NCBI GenBank assembly: GCA_934660865.1
Contig: CAKUIA010000005.1
Span: forward strand, 81,590 to 113,589
Reading direction: 5' to 3'
DNA: 32,000 nucleotides
From: an uncultured Opitutales bacterium
Lineage (GTDB): Bacteria > Verrucomicrobiota > Verrucomicrobiia > Opitutales > Intestinicryptomonadaceae
Part shown: positions 10,220 to 19,301 of the stretch, piece by piece
Position numbering within the stretch: position 1 is the stretch's first letter
Layout of the letters: each line of letters begins with the position of its first letter
Program-made: the position numbers and the translations under genes
The notes under the pieces: generated by a model
Told to the model about the DNA's origin: nothing
What the model saw: only the letters and a program-made list of their open reading frames with translations
The model's database searches: none

Positions 10220-11046
10220 GAAAACGCACAATAAGCTCTTTGATTTTAATTGCCATAGTATATTTTGCCGTGGCCTTTGCGGGCAAATGGGCAACAGCCC
10301 TAATATTTTGGCTGTTGGCATCGGGCGGAATTTTGGAATGCAGCAACATTCTAAAAAAGCTGAATGTTGCAACAAACTTTGTGGCAACGGAGCTTGCAAA
10401 CCTTTTCCTTATGGCGTGCGCGGTCTTTGCCCCCCTATTTTTCGGCGTAGATGGCGCAATTATTCCATTTTGCGCATTTACAATACTTTCGTTTGCGGGG
10501 GCTGCCGCAATAATGCGAAACCCCTTTAGCAGAGATTCGCAGGCGAAAGGGCTTTCGTACATTCTAATGCTTTCGCTTATAACCATGCCGCTTTTGTGCC
10601 TTGTGCTTTTGGGCGCCATGTTCGAAAAAGGTTTTGCATTTGCAATATGGATTGTTGTGGTAACAAAGTTTACCGACATTGGCGGATACATTTTCGGGGT
10701 ATGTTTCGGCAACCACAAAATCCTGCCAAAGGTAAGCCCCGGCAAAAGCTACGAGGGGCTTGTTGGCGGAATGTTGTCGTCGGCGGTTATGGGCGCGTTT
10801 TTTGCGGTGTTTTTCGCAAAATATATGCCGCCAAGCTTTGGGGCCATAGACGGCGTTATTTTCGGCGCTTTGTTGGGCTTTTTGGGGCTTATTTCCGACT
10901 TGGCGGAATCGTGCCTAAAAAGGAACGCAAACGTAAAGGATTCGGGGAACATAATCCCCGGCATAGGCGGGGCTTTCGACCTGCTAGACTCGCTTATAGC
11001 AAGCAGCCCCGTGGGCTTTCTTATAGCAATATATTTCTACTTATAA
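10216..11046 (+). CDS. cdsA: Phosphatidate cytidylyltransferase (CDP-diglyceride synthase)
   Basis: It is a polytopic membrane protein whose C-terminal signature region is SCLKRNANVKDSGNIIPGIGGAFDLLDS. The ATGA arrangement overlaps uppS. The uppS-cdsA-dxr-rseP order is widely conserved. Confidence 0.85.
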   Translation: MRKRTISSLILIAIVYFAVAFAGKWATALIFWLLASGGILECSNILKKLNVATNFVATELANLFLMACAVFAPLFFGVDGAIIPFCAFTILSFAGAAAIMRNPFSRDSQAKGLSYILMLSLITMPLLCLVLLGAMFEKGFAFAIWIVVVTKFTDIGGYIFGVCFGNHKILPKVSPGKSYEGLVGGMLSSAVMGAFFAVFFAKYMPPSFGAIDGVIFGALLGFLGLISDLAESCLKRNANVKDSGNIIPGIGGAFDLLDSLIASSPVGFLIAIYFYL

Positions 11047-11049
11047 AAA

Positions 11050-12219
11050 ATGGCTGACATTATAAAATTGGCGGTATTGGGGGCAACGGGCTCGATAGGT
11101 TCAAGCACGTTGGCGGTTGCAAAGGCAAACCCCGACAGAATTAAAATCGTTTCGATTGCGGGCAAAAGCAGCATCGAAAATTTGGCGAAAATCGCCGAAG
11201 AATTCGGCGTAAAGCATGTTGCAATTTACGACGAAAGCGCATTTAAAAAGGCGTTGGACACAAAACTTTTTGCGGACGACGTAAAACTTTACTGCGGCGA
11301 AGAGGGCCTTACAAAAGTTGCGTGTTTAGACGAAGTAAATATGGTAACGGCGGCGGTTGTGGGCACAAAATGCCTAAGGCCTACGCTTGCCGCAATAGAG
11401 GCGGGCAAGGATATTGCCCTTGCAAACAAAGAACTTTTGGTTATGGCGGGCAAATTTGTAACGGAGGCGGTGCGCCGCAAAAAAGTGCGCCTTTTGCCGC
11501 TCGACAGCGAGCACAACGCGATTTTCCAGTGCCTGCACGGCGAAAGAAAATGCGATGTGGCCTCGGTTATAATCACGGCTTCGGGCGGCATGTTCAGAGA
11601 CTACACCCCGCAGCAGATGGAAACTATTACGGTACAGCAGGCTCTAAAACACCCCAACTGGAATATGGGCCCGAAAGTTACTATAGATTCTTCTACCCTT
11701 GCAAACAAGGGGCTGGAAGTTATAGAGGCAAAGTGGCTTTTCGACGTAGACATAGACCGCATAGAGGTTGTAGTGCACAAGCAAAGCATTGTGCACTCTA
11801 TGGTGCGCTTTTGCGACGGCTCGATAAAGGCGCATTTTTCGCCGCCTTCAATGACTTTTGCAATTTCGCACAGCATTTTGTACCCCGAAAGGGGCAACCC
11901 CGTAATGCAGGGGCTGGACTTTACAAAAGGCCTTCACCTCGATTTCGAGCTGCCCGACACAAACAGGTTTCCCGCGCTAAAATACGCTTTCGACGCCCTT
12001 AAGATTGGCGGAACTGCAACATGCGCATTTAACGCTTCAAACGAAGTGGCAGTTGCCGAATTTATAAAGGGCAAGATTCGCTGGCTGGACATTCCCAAAG
12101 TTATAAAATACGTTTTGGACAACGCCGAGCATTTCGAACCTAAAACTTTGGACGATATTTTTGCCGCCGACACCAAAGCAAGGCAGCTGGCGAAAAAGTT
12201 TGTAGACAGCCTTCAATAA
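11050..12219 (+). CDS. dxr: 1-deoxy-D-xylulose 5-phosphate reductoisomerase
   Basis: The NADPH motif LGATGSIGSSTL is present, along with LANKELLV, LLPLDSEHNAIFQC and HPNWNMGPKVTIDSSTLANKGLEVIEA. Confidence 0.95.
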   Translation: MADIIKLAVLGATGSIGSSTLAVAKANPDRIKIVSIAGKSSIENLAKIAEEFGVKHVAIYDESAFKKALDTKLFADDVKLYCGEEGLTKVACLDEVNMVTAAVVGTKCLRPTLAAIEAGKDIALANKELLVMAGKFVTEAVRRKKVRLLPLDSEHNAIFQCLHGERKCDVASVIITASGGMFRDYTPQQMETITVQQALKHPNWNMGPKVTIDSSTLANKGLEVIEAKWLFDVDIDRIEVVVHKQSIVHSMVRFCDGSIKAHFSPPSMTFAISHSILYPERGNPVMQGLDFTKGLHLDFELPDTNRFPALKYAFDALKIGGTATCAFNASNEVAVAEFIKGKIRWLDIPKVIKYVLDNAEHFEPKTLDDIFAADTKARQLAKKFVDSLQ

Positions 12220-12222
12220 AAT

Positions 12223-13992
12223 ATGCCTTCTTTTCTTTCAGGGTTTTCCGACATTGCGGCGGTTGCGCTTGTGGTGCTGTTTTTCGGCGGCTCTATTTGT
12301 ATTCACGAGTTGGGGCACTTTTTGGCGGCAAAGTGGCGAAAACTTAAAGTGCTTAGGTTTTCGATAGGCTTTGGACCGAGGCTTTTTGCCTGGAAGGGCA
12401 AAGACGGCTGCGAATACAGAATTTCGCTTCTGCCGCTCGGCGGCTACGTTGCAATACCCCAGCTGGCCGATATGGGCGAGCTTGAAGGCGGCCAATTTGG
12501 CGAAAACGACGTAAAAAACCTTAAAAAGGCCTCTTTTACCGACAAGGTTGTAGTTTCTTTTGCCGGCGCTTTTTTCAACGTACTGCTTGCCGTATTTTTT
12601 GCGGTTTTGGTATATTTTATGGGCGTGCCCTCCGTTGGCTTGCCAAACACAACCGTTGTAGGCTATGTCTATAAAAGCGAAAATTCGGACACCCACAAAA
12701 AACTGTTGGCGGGCGACAAGATTTTGCAGATAGACGGCTCCGATGTAGGCGATTTTGCCGACATAAGGCAGGCCATTGCCCTCGGCTCGGGCAGGGACGA
12801 AAACGGAAACCCCCGGGCGGTTTTAAAGGTGGAAAGAAACGGGCAAATTTTAACCCTTTTTCTTAAACCGACGCTTGTAAAGACAAATTCTAAGACGGGC
12901 GACTATTTGAGAATGTTGGGGATTTTGCCGGCGTCTAAAATGCAAATTGCGTCGGTTATGGAAAATTCGCCCGCACAAAAATCGGGAATTTTGCCCGACG
13001 ACGAAATCGTTTCGATAAACGGGCAAAAGGTATATTCGGTTGCCGACTTTTCCGACAGGCTTAACCTGCTAAAAAAAGGAGAAAAGGCAAAGGTTGGCAT
13101 AATGCGCAACAATTCCGAAATATTCGCCGACTTGATTCCCGAAAAGATAAGGCGCACAAAACCCCTTTGCGAGGTGTTCGAAAACGGCAAAAAAATTGCG
13201 GATTTGCTATGCGTAAACAAAAACATAGCGCAGTCGAGGGGGCTTGTTTCGGAAAGCGGAATTTTAAAAATTTTCGACGCCGACAATTCCCTGAAAGATT
13301 CGGGAGTTAAAGTTGGAGATTGCGTCTACCAAATAGGGGAAAGAAAGGTCTTTAGCGTAAAAGACGCAACCGACGCCCTAAACGCGGCCGAAAGCCCGCT
13401 GCTTATAAAGTATATGAACGGCGACAATATGGGCGAATTTTTGCTTAAAAAAGCGTCGGCAAAAATAAAGGCCCCCGTTGAAAATTCCATGGTCGGCTTT
13501 ACGGTTAGGCAAGATATTTCAATAGAGCACCCCTCGGTTTTAAAACAGATAAAAGACGGTTTTTACACAACGTATGCCGCCATTGCCACAATGTTTAACT
13601 CGAAAAGCGATGTGGGGTTTTCGCATATGTCGGGCCCCATAGGCATAGGGCGGGCAATATACAAAATGTCGGTTGTAGACATTTCTTTGGCCTTTTCGTT
13701 TGTGGTTTTGCTTAATCTAAATTTGGCGGTTTTAAACCTGCTGCCACTGCCCGTGCTGGACGGCGGGCACATTCTTTTGGCCTGCATTGAAAAGCTGACA
13801 AAAAAACCCGTTTCGCGCTCGTCCTTTGTAAAATTTACACAGCTTGTTTTCGTATTTTTGTTCCTGTCTTTAATGGTCTACATTATATTTTTGGACACCG
13901 AAAGATGGATTGGCGAAAGCTCGCAAGAGACAATGGAATCGCTGGAAGGCAACTACTATTTAACAAACCCAAGTTTCGATAAAAATGAATAA
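12223..13992 (+). CDS. rseP: RIP metalloprotease RseP (site-2 protease, M50 family) with three PDZ-like repeats
   Basis: It has the HELGHF zinc motif in TM1 and LNLAVLNLLPLPVLDGGH near the C-terminus. Three GD/DDxIxxI(D/N)G..V....D segments lie between them. Length is 589 aa. Confidence 0.9.
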   Translation: MPSFLSGFSDIAAVALVVLFFGGSICIHELGHFLAAKWRKLKVLRFSIGFGPRLFAWKGKDGCEYRISLLPLGGYVAIPQLADMGELEGGQFGENDVKNLKKASFTDKVVVSFAGAFFNVLLAVFFAVLVYFMGVPSVGLPNTTVVGYVYKSENSDTHKKLLAGDKILQIDGSDVGDFADIRQAIALGSGRDENGNPRAVLKVERNGQILTLFLKPTLVKTNSKTGDYLRMLGILPASKMQIASVMENSPAQKSGILPDDEIVSINGQKVYSVADFSDRLNLLKKGEKAKVGIMRNNSEIFADLIPEKIRRTKPLCEVFENGKKIADLLCVNKNIAQSRGLVSESGILKIFDADNSLKDSGVKVGDCVYQIGERKVFSVKDATDALNAAESPLLIKYMNGDNMGEFLLKKASAKIKAPVENSMVGFTVRQDISIEHPSVLKQIKDGFYTTYAAIATMFNSKSDVGFSHMSGPIGIGRAIYKMSVVDISLAFSFVVLLNLNLAVLNLLPLPVLDGGHILLACIEKLTKKPVSRSSFVKFTQLVFVFLFLSLMVYIIFLDTERWIGESSQETMESLEGNYYLTNPSFDKNE

Positions 13993-15787
13993 TAAGTATA
14001 CACAATCAAGGTTCAACTGCGTTAGAATGAAAACCCGCGAAGTAAAAGTGGGCAACATAGGCATAGGCAAGGACAATCCCATAAGGATTCAGTCGATGAC
14101 CAATACGAAAACGCTTGATGTGGAAGCCTCCGTTAAACAGTGCATACAGCTGGCCGAAGCCGGTTGCGACATTATAAGGCTTACCGCCCAAAATGTTGAA
14201 GCTGCCCGCGCACTAAAAGACATAAACAAAAAATTCAAGGCCGCCGGCTTTACAAACCCCCTTGTTGCCGACATTCACTTTTTGCCGCAAGCCGCAATGG
14301 AGGCCGTAGAGCATGTTGAAAAAGTAAGAATTAACCCGGGCAATTTTGCCGACCGCAAAACGGGCAAGCTCGACTATACCGACAAGGAGTATAACGAGGA
14401 GCTTGAACGCGTAAGGGAAAGGTTTTTGCCCTTCCTAAAAAGATGCAAAGAACTTGGAAGAGCCATAAGGCTTGGCACAAACCACGGCTCGCTTTCCGAC
14501 AGAATCATCAACCGCTATGCCGACACCCCCCTGGGTATGGTAGAGGCCGCTTTGGAATTTGTGCGCATTTGCGAGGCCGAAAATTTTAAGGACGTTGTTT
14601 TGTCTTTTAAGGCCAGCAACACAAGGGTTATGACGCAGGCCTACCGCCTTGCCGCAATGAAAATGGCCCAAGAGGGGTTGGATTGCCCCCTGCATTTGGG
14701 CGTAACGGAGGCGGGCTTCGGCAAAGACGCGCGCATTAAAAGCGCAATGGGAATAGGCGGCCTTTTGCTTGACGGCATTGGCGACACAATCCGCGTTTCG
14801 CTTACCGAAGACCCCGTAAAGGAAGTTCCCGTTGCAATAGAATTGGCAAAGTTTGCCGAAAAGTTCCGCGCGCAAAAACCCGTAGAGCAGATAGACGAAG
14901 GCATAGATTTTTATTCGTACTCGAAAAGGGAAAGCTTTACAATAGACTTGGGCGACAGGCTTAGCATTGGAGGCAATTCGCAACAGGCAGTTTGCGTAAA
15001 CGGAAATTCCGACAAGGCCGAAATTTGTTTCGACAAAAACGGCAAATCCAAAAATTTTGAAATTGCCGAATACAAAAAAGGCGAATCGCAAAAGCTTAAA
15101 GACGATTTAAATTCGGGCAAAAAACTTGCGCTTAAAATATCTAACGACGACTTGCAAAACGAGTTTGCGGCCGTTCTTAAAACGGCGCCCGAAAACTTTG
15201 CCATTATTTCGCCCAAGCCCGTTTGCGGCAGGCACTTTGTTGGCGAAACAAGAAGAACCGCAGCCATTTTAAGAAAAGAGGGAATAAAAGCCCCCATATT
15301 TATAATGGCAAATTCCGACGTTCTGACATCGAAAAGCCCCGAGGAAAAACTCAACGAAGTTTCGATATATTTGGGGGCGCTGCTTTGCGACGGCATAGGC
15401 GATTTGGAATTGGTTGAAGTTTCTTCTAACGCAAACGAAAATGCGGAGGATACCCTTGCCGTTTTGCAGGCGGCGAGAGCCAGACGCAGCAAGGCCGAAT
15501 ATATCGCGTGCCCCAGCTGCGGCAGAACCTTGTATAACATTCAGGAAACCGCAAAGAAAATAGAGGAAAGAACAAAGCATTTAAAAGACGTTACCATAGG
15601 CATTATGGGTTGCATTGTAAACGGCCCCGGCGAAATGGCCGACGCCGACTTCGGCTATGTCGGCGGCGCCCCCGGCAAGATAAACCTGTACAAGGGCAGG
15701 CAGTGCGTGAAAATGAACATTCCGCAGGAAAACGCCATAGACGAACTTTTAAAGCTTATAGAACAATATAAACCGTCGGGCAGATAA
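13985..15787 (+). CDS. ispG: 4-hydroxy-3-methylbut-2-enyl diphosphate synthase, long form with inserted domain
   Basis: The N-terminal TIM-barrel motifs are PIRIQSMTNT, VRINPGN and RLGTNHGSL. The C-terminal Fe-S domain carries CPSCGRT and GCIVNGPGE. About 220 aa are inserted between them, as in the long IspG class. Length is 600 aa. Confidence 0.93.
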   Translation: MNNKYTQSRFNCVRMKTREVKVGNIGIGKDNPIRIQSMTNTKTLDVEASVKQCIQLAEAGCDIIRLTAQNVEAARALKDINKKFKAAGFTNPLVADIHFLPQAAMEAVEHVEKVRINPGNFADRKTGKLDYTDKEYNEELERVRERFLPFLKRCKELGRAIRLGTNHGSLSDRIINRYADTPLGMVEAALEFVRICEAENFKDVVLSFKASNTRVMTQAYRLAAMKMAQEGLDCPLHLGVTEAGFGKDARIKSAMGIGGLLLDGIGDTIRVSLTEDPVKEVPVAIELAKFAEKFRAQKPVEQIDEGIDFYSYSKRESFTIDLGDRLSIGGNSQQAVCVNGNSDKAEICFDKNGKSKNFEIAEYKKGESQKLKDDLNSGKKLALKISNDDLQNEFAAVLKTAPENFAIISPKPVCGRHFVGETRRTAAILRKEGIKAPIFIMANSDVLTSKSPEEKLNEVSIYLGALLCDGIGDLELVEVSSNANENAEDTLAVLQAARARRSKAEYIACPSCGRTLYNIQETAKKIEERTKHLKDVTIGIMGCIVNGPGEMADADFGYVGGAPGKINLYKGRQCVKMNIPQENAIDELLKLIEQYKPSGR

Positions 15788-17160
15788 TGTCCGAGTCGCT
15801 TCAAACAAAAGCCCTGGGGCAGGCGCCCGTTTTGCGCCTGCTTTGGCGTTTCTACATTCCCGCATTGTGCTCGACTGCAATGAATGCGCTCTACAACATT
15901 GTAGACCGCATTTTTGTCGGCAATTTTTGCGGCTCGCAGGCGCTGGCTGCAATAACAATCTGCATGTCGCCCGCGCTGCTGTTTTTGGCAATCTCAATGC
16001 TTGTAGGGCAAGGCGGGGCAACTTTTGTTTCCATTTGCCTCGGCAAAAAAAATGTAGACTTGGCCGAAAAGGCGGCGGCGCAATGCCTTTTGTTTTTCCT
16101 TTTGTTCTGCGCGGCCGTATTCGCGGTTGCTATTTTCTTTACGCGCGAAATAATTTGGGCATTCGGCGCACGCGGCGAAATTTTAGAGCAGGCAACGCTT
16201 TATTACAGGATAATTTTATTCGGGCTTATATTCGAAAAAATTTCGTTCGGGCTAAACAACATAATAAGGGCCGAAGGCCGCCCCGTATACTCAATGCTGA
16301 CATTGTTTATAGGCACAGTTTGCAACGTAGTTTTAGACTGGCTTTTCATAGCAAAATTTAAATGGGGCATACAGGGAGCCGCCCTGGCAACCGTTGCGGC
16401 CCAGGCCATAGCCTCGCTTTGGGTATTGCGCTTTTACGCGTTAAAGCTCGGTGTGTTAAGGCTAAAGCCATGCAACTTTAAGTTTACAAAAAACGTGGTA
16501 AAAAAGGTTGCCTCTTTCGGTTCGCCTTCGTTTGTAATACAAATGCTGGCGGCTTTGTCTACGGCGGTTATGCTGACGCAGGCCGCAAAATTGGGCAATG
16601 CCGACGGCGTTGCAATTATAGGCGTTGTAATGACGGCCAACCTTTTGGTTTTTTTGCCCGTGCTTGGAATGAACATGGGCGCGCAGCCCATATACGGCTA
16701 CAACTGGGGGGCAAAGCTTTATTTAAGGGTTAAAAGAGCGTTTAAATACACTTTGTTTTTTACCACAACATTGTCGGTTGCGGGATTTTTCGCTTTCTTT
16801 TTCCTTTCAAAAAACGTGTTCGAAATTTTCGTGCCGAACGAGCCTTTGCTTGTATCCAAAGGAGCATACGCCATGAAAATTATGACTCTTTCATTCTTCC
16901 TTTTGGGGGTAAATATTTCGGCCTCGTCGTTTTTCCAGTCTACCGGCAGGCCCAAATTTTCGATATTTTTAACGGTGTTGCGCCAACTGTTCGTTTTGGT
17001 GCCGCTAATGCTGTTTTTGCCCGATATATTCGGCGGCATTACGGGACTTTGGGCGGCCTTTCCCATATCCGACGCGATTGTAGCCGCATACTCCGTCTTT
17101 ATTACAATAAGGGAGTTTTCTATGTTGGACAACCTGCATAATAAACTGAAAAATTCTTGA
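15787..17160 (+). CDS. MATE-family efflux transporter
   Basis: The hydrophobicity pattern suggests about 12 TM segments. The MATE-like N-terminus is LLWRFYIPALCSTAMNALYNIVDRIFVG...ALAA, and the repeat-2 analogue includes GIQGAALATV. The TAATG arrangement overlaps ispG. Confidence 0.85.
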   Translation: MSESLQTKALGQAPVLRLLWRFYIPALCSTAMNALYNIVDRIFVGNFCGSQALAAITICMSPALLFLAISMLVGQGGATFVSICLGKKNVDLAEKAAAQCLLFFLLFCAAVFAVAIFFTREIIWAFGARGEILEQATLYYRIILFGLIFEKISFGLNNIIRAEGRPVYSMLTLFIGTVCNVVLDWLFIAKFKWGIQGAALATVAAQAIASLWVLRFYALKLGVLRLKPCNFKFTKNVVKKVASFGSPSFVIQMLAALSTAVMLTQAAKLGNADGVAIIGVVMTANLLVFLPVLGMNMGAQPIYGYNWGAKLYLRVKRAFKYTLFFTTTLSVAGFFAFFFLSKNVFEIFVPNEPLLVSKGAYAMKIMTLSFFLLGVNISASSFFQSTGRPKFSIFLTVLRQLFVLVPLMLFLPDIFGGITGLWAAFPISDAIVAAYSVFITIREFSMLDNLHNKLKNS

Positions 17161-17163
17161 TTT

Positions 17164-17901
17164 ATGAAACGGCAAAAAAAGGAAAATACACTTTTAAGTT
17201 TGGCTTTCAACATTGCCATTCCGAGCATACTTTTAATTTGGGCGGGCAAATTTTTAAAAGCCCGCGGCATAGAACAACTGTTCGGCATAGACGCATTGCT
17301 GTGCGTGTTTTTACTGGCGCTGGCGTTCCCGACAATATACGGAATTTACGATTTAATTGCCCGGAAAAAGTGGAACATAATTGCGATAATCGGCGTAGCA
17401 AGCGTGTTTCTTACGGGCGGAATAGGTGTAATGCGCCTTTCGCGCGAGTGGATTATTGCAAAGGAAACTTTAGTTCCCCTCGTATTGGGAATTGCCGTTA
17501 CAATTACGGCCTTTACAAAAAAACCCCTGGCAAAACTTCTTATTTTAAACGATACGGTTTTGGACGTTAACAAGATAGAAAAACTTTTAAACGAGCGCGG
17601 AACAAAAGCCGCTTTCGACAGGGAGTTTTTAATTGCAACATGGCTTTGCGCATTTTCGTTTTTGCTTAGCGCGGCGCTTAACTTCTACCTTGCATGCCGC
17701 ATATTCACAGAAAACGCAACCATGGAACAGTTTAACGAGCAGGTAGGCAAAATGACCGCACTTTCGTGGCCGGTTATAGTTTTGCCGACTACAATCTTTT
17801 TGATTGCCGCAATGTTCAAGGTTTTTTCGGCGATAAAAAAATATTGCGGCGTTTCGTTCGAAGACGTACTTTCGCCCCAATTACAGGAGAATAAAAAATG
17901 A
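17164..17901 (+). CDS. Hypothetical integral membrane protein (about 5-6 predicted TM segments), function unknown
   Basis: It is a 245-aa ORF, 3 nt after the MATE gene, and it overlaps the next gene by ATGA. It has alternating hydrophobic stretches and no motif I can assign. Confidence 0.6.
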   Translation: MKRQKKENTLLSLAFNIAIPSILLIWAGKFLKARGIEQLFGIDALLCVFLLALAFPTIYGIYDLIARKKWNIIAIIGVASVFLTGGIGVMRLSREWIIAKETLVPLVLGIAVTITAFTKKPLAKLLILNDTVLDVNKIEKLLNERGTKAAFDREFLIATWLCAFSFLLSAALNFYLACRIFTENATMEQFNEQVGKMTALSWPVIVLPTTIFLIAAMFKVFSAIKKYCGVSFEDVLSPQLQENKK

Positions 17902-18848
17902 TATTGTCGCTTTCTACAAGCTATCTTCAAAGCCGCTATGCCGACAGCTCGTACGACATGCTTTGCTGCGCGCGCGAAATGGGCTTTGAGTATGTCGAAT
18001 TGGGGCACTCTACCCCTCTTTTTGCCGTAGACGGCATTTTAAGGGCGGTAAACGAAAATATTGTAAAAGTTTCGTCGCTGCACAACTTTTGCCCAATGCC
18101 CTCTTTTGCCGTAGGCACCGCATGCAACCTGTTTTCGCCTTCGTCTAAAAACAGGGCCGAAGGCGAGCTTTGGCAAAAACACACTTTAAATTCTCTCGAT
18201 TTGGCCAAAAAGACGGGAGCCAAAGCCATTGTGTGCCATTCGGGGCAAATTACGTATTTTTTTAGACCCGTAGACTATAAGATACAAAAGTATCTGGATT
18301 TTGTAAAAGACCGTAAAACTTTAAAAGACGACGAAAAGTATATTAAAATAGCCGAAACTTTTAAAAACAAGTCCGCAAAAAAAAGCCAAAAGCACTACGA
18401 ATTTCTGCAAAAAAACATAGATTCAATATCCGGCAAATTTGAGGAAAATTCGGTAAAAATAGGCCTCGAAAACAGGGACCAAATCCCCGAACTGCCGCTG
18501 GATTGGAATATGGTAAAAATGTACGAAAAGCATTTTTTAAACTCCAAAACGGCCTTTCTTTGGCACGATGTGGGCCATTCGATGAAAAAGCAGCTTTTGG
18601 GATTGTACGACCAGCTTAAACTTGCCGAAGAAATAGCGCCGTATCAAATAGGCTGGCATTTGCACGACTGCGACGAAAACGGGAAAGACCACATCGCAAT
18701 AGGAAAGGGAATTATAGATTTTAAGGTTCTTTCAAAATTCTTCGACGCAGAAAAACACATATTTACAATAGAGCTAAACAAGGCGGTTTCCATTCAAGAC
18801 GCAGTGGAATCGCGCAAAAGATTGGAGGACATTATATGCGGCGCATAG
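17898..18848 (+). CDS. Sugar-phosphate isomerase/epimerase-like protein (xylose isomerase-like TIM barrel family)
   Basis: The pattern is GFEYVELG near the N-terminus, AKAIVCHSG, IGLENRD, and H...D/E metal-type residues (WHDVGH, WHLHD). A Lys-rich insertion of about 60 aa lies between the CHSG and LENRD strands. Confidence 0.65.
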   Translation: MILSLSTSYLQSRYADSSYDMLCCAREMGFEYVELGHSTPLFAVDGILRAVNENIVKVSSLHNFCPMPSFAVGTACNLFSPSSKNRAEGELWQKHTLNSLDLAKKTGAKAIVCHSGQITYFFRPVDYKIQKYLDFVKDRKTLKDDEKYIKIAETFKNKSAKKSQKHYEFLQKNIDSISGKFEENSVKIGLENRDQIPELPLDWNMVKMYEKHFLNSKTAFLWHDVGHSMKKQLLGLYDQLKLAEEIAPYQIGWHLHDCDENGKDHIAIGKGIIDFKVLSKFFDAEKHIFTIELNKAVSIQDAVESRKRLEDIICGA

Positions 18849-19297
18849 TGGAATCTTGCAACCATTCCAAAAACGTAAAATTTAAGGGAAAAGACCTTGA
18901 GCTTTTTATAAACACTTTGGACAGAAAGCTTCCCGAAAACCTGAAAGCCCCCAGAGGAAATTTGTCGATAGGCGTTTTCGACAATGCCGACTTGGCAAAG
19001 ATACATTTGGATTTTCTCGACGACCCAAAGGAAACCGACGTAATTACGTTCGACGGCGACGACACGGGCTTCGGCGGCGAAATTTGCGTTAGCGCCGAAA
19101 GGGCAATGCAATACGGCCCAAAATTCGGAAACAGCGCAAACAGGGAATTGTGCCTGTATGTTGCCCACGGCTATCTTCATTTGGCGGGGGTAAACGACAT
19201 AGAGGAAGACGACGCAAAAAAAATGAGGGCGGCCGAAAAAATTGCTCTTGAAATTTTGGACAAAAATTTTAAACAACCTATATTTAAATTTGTATAA
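18836..19297 (+). CDS. ybeY: rRNA maturation endoribonuclease YbeY-like
   Basis: The motifs ETDVITFDG and GEICVSAERA, and the metal motif VAHGYLHLAGVND, are present. The canonical form is HGxLHLxGYDH. It overlaps the upstream gene by 13 nt. Confidence 0.8.
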   Translation: MRRIVESCNHSKNVKFKGKDLELFINTLDRKLPENLKAPRGNLSIGVFDNADLAKIHLDFLDDPKETDVITFDGDDTGFGGEICVSAERAMQYGPKFGNSANRELCLYVAHGYLHLAGVNDIEEDDAKKMRAAEKIALEILDKNFKQPIFKFV

Positions 19298-19301
19298 TAC
19301 T

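Noticed and set aside
11322-12002. 226-aa same-strand ORF inside dxr (a similar case is 15843-16361 inside the MATE gene)
   Set aside because: It is an alternative frame of a well-supported gene. The product is extremely Arg/Gly-rich, as expected from an off-frame reading.
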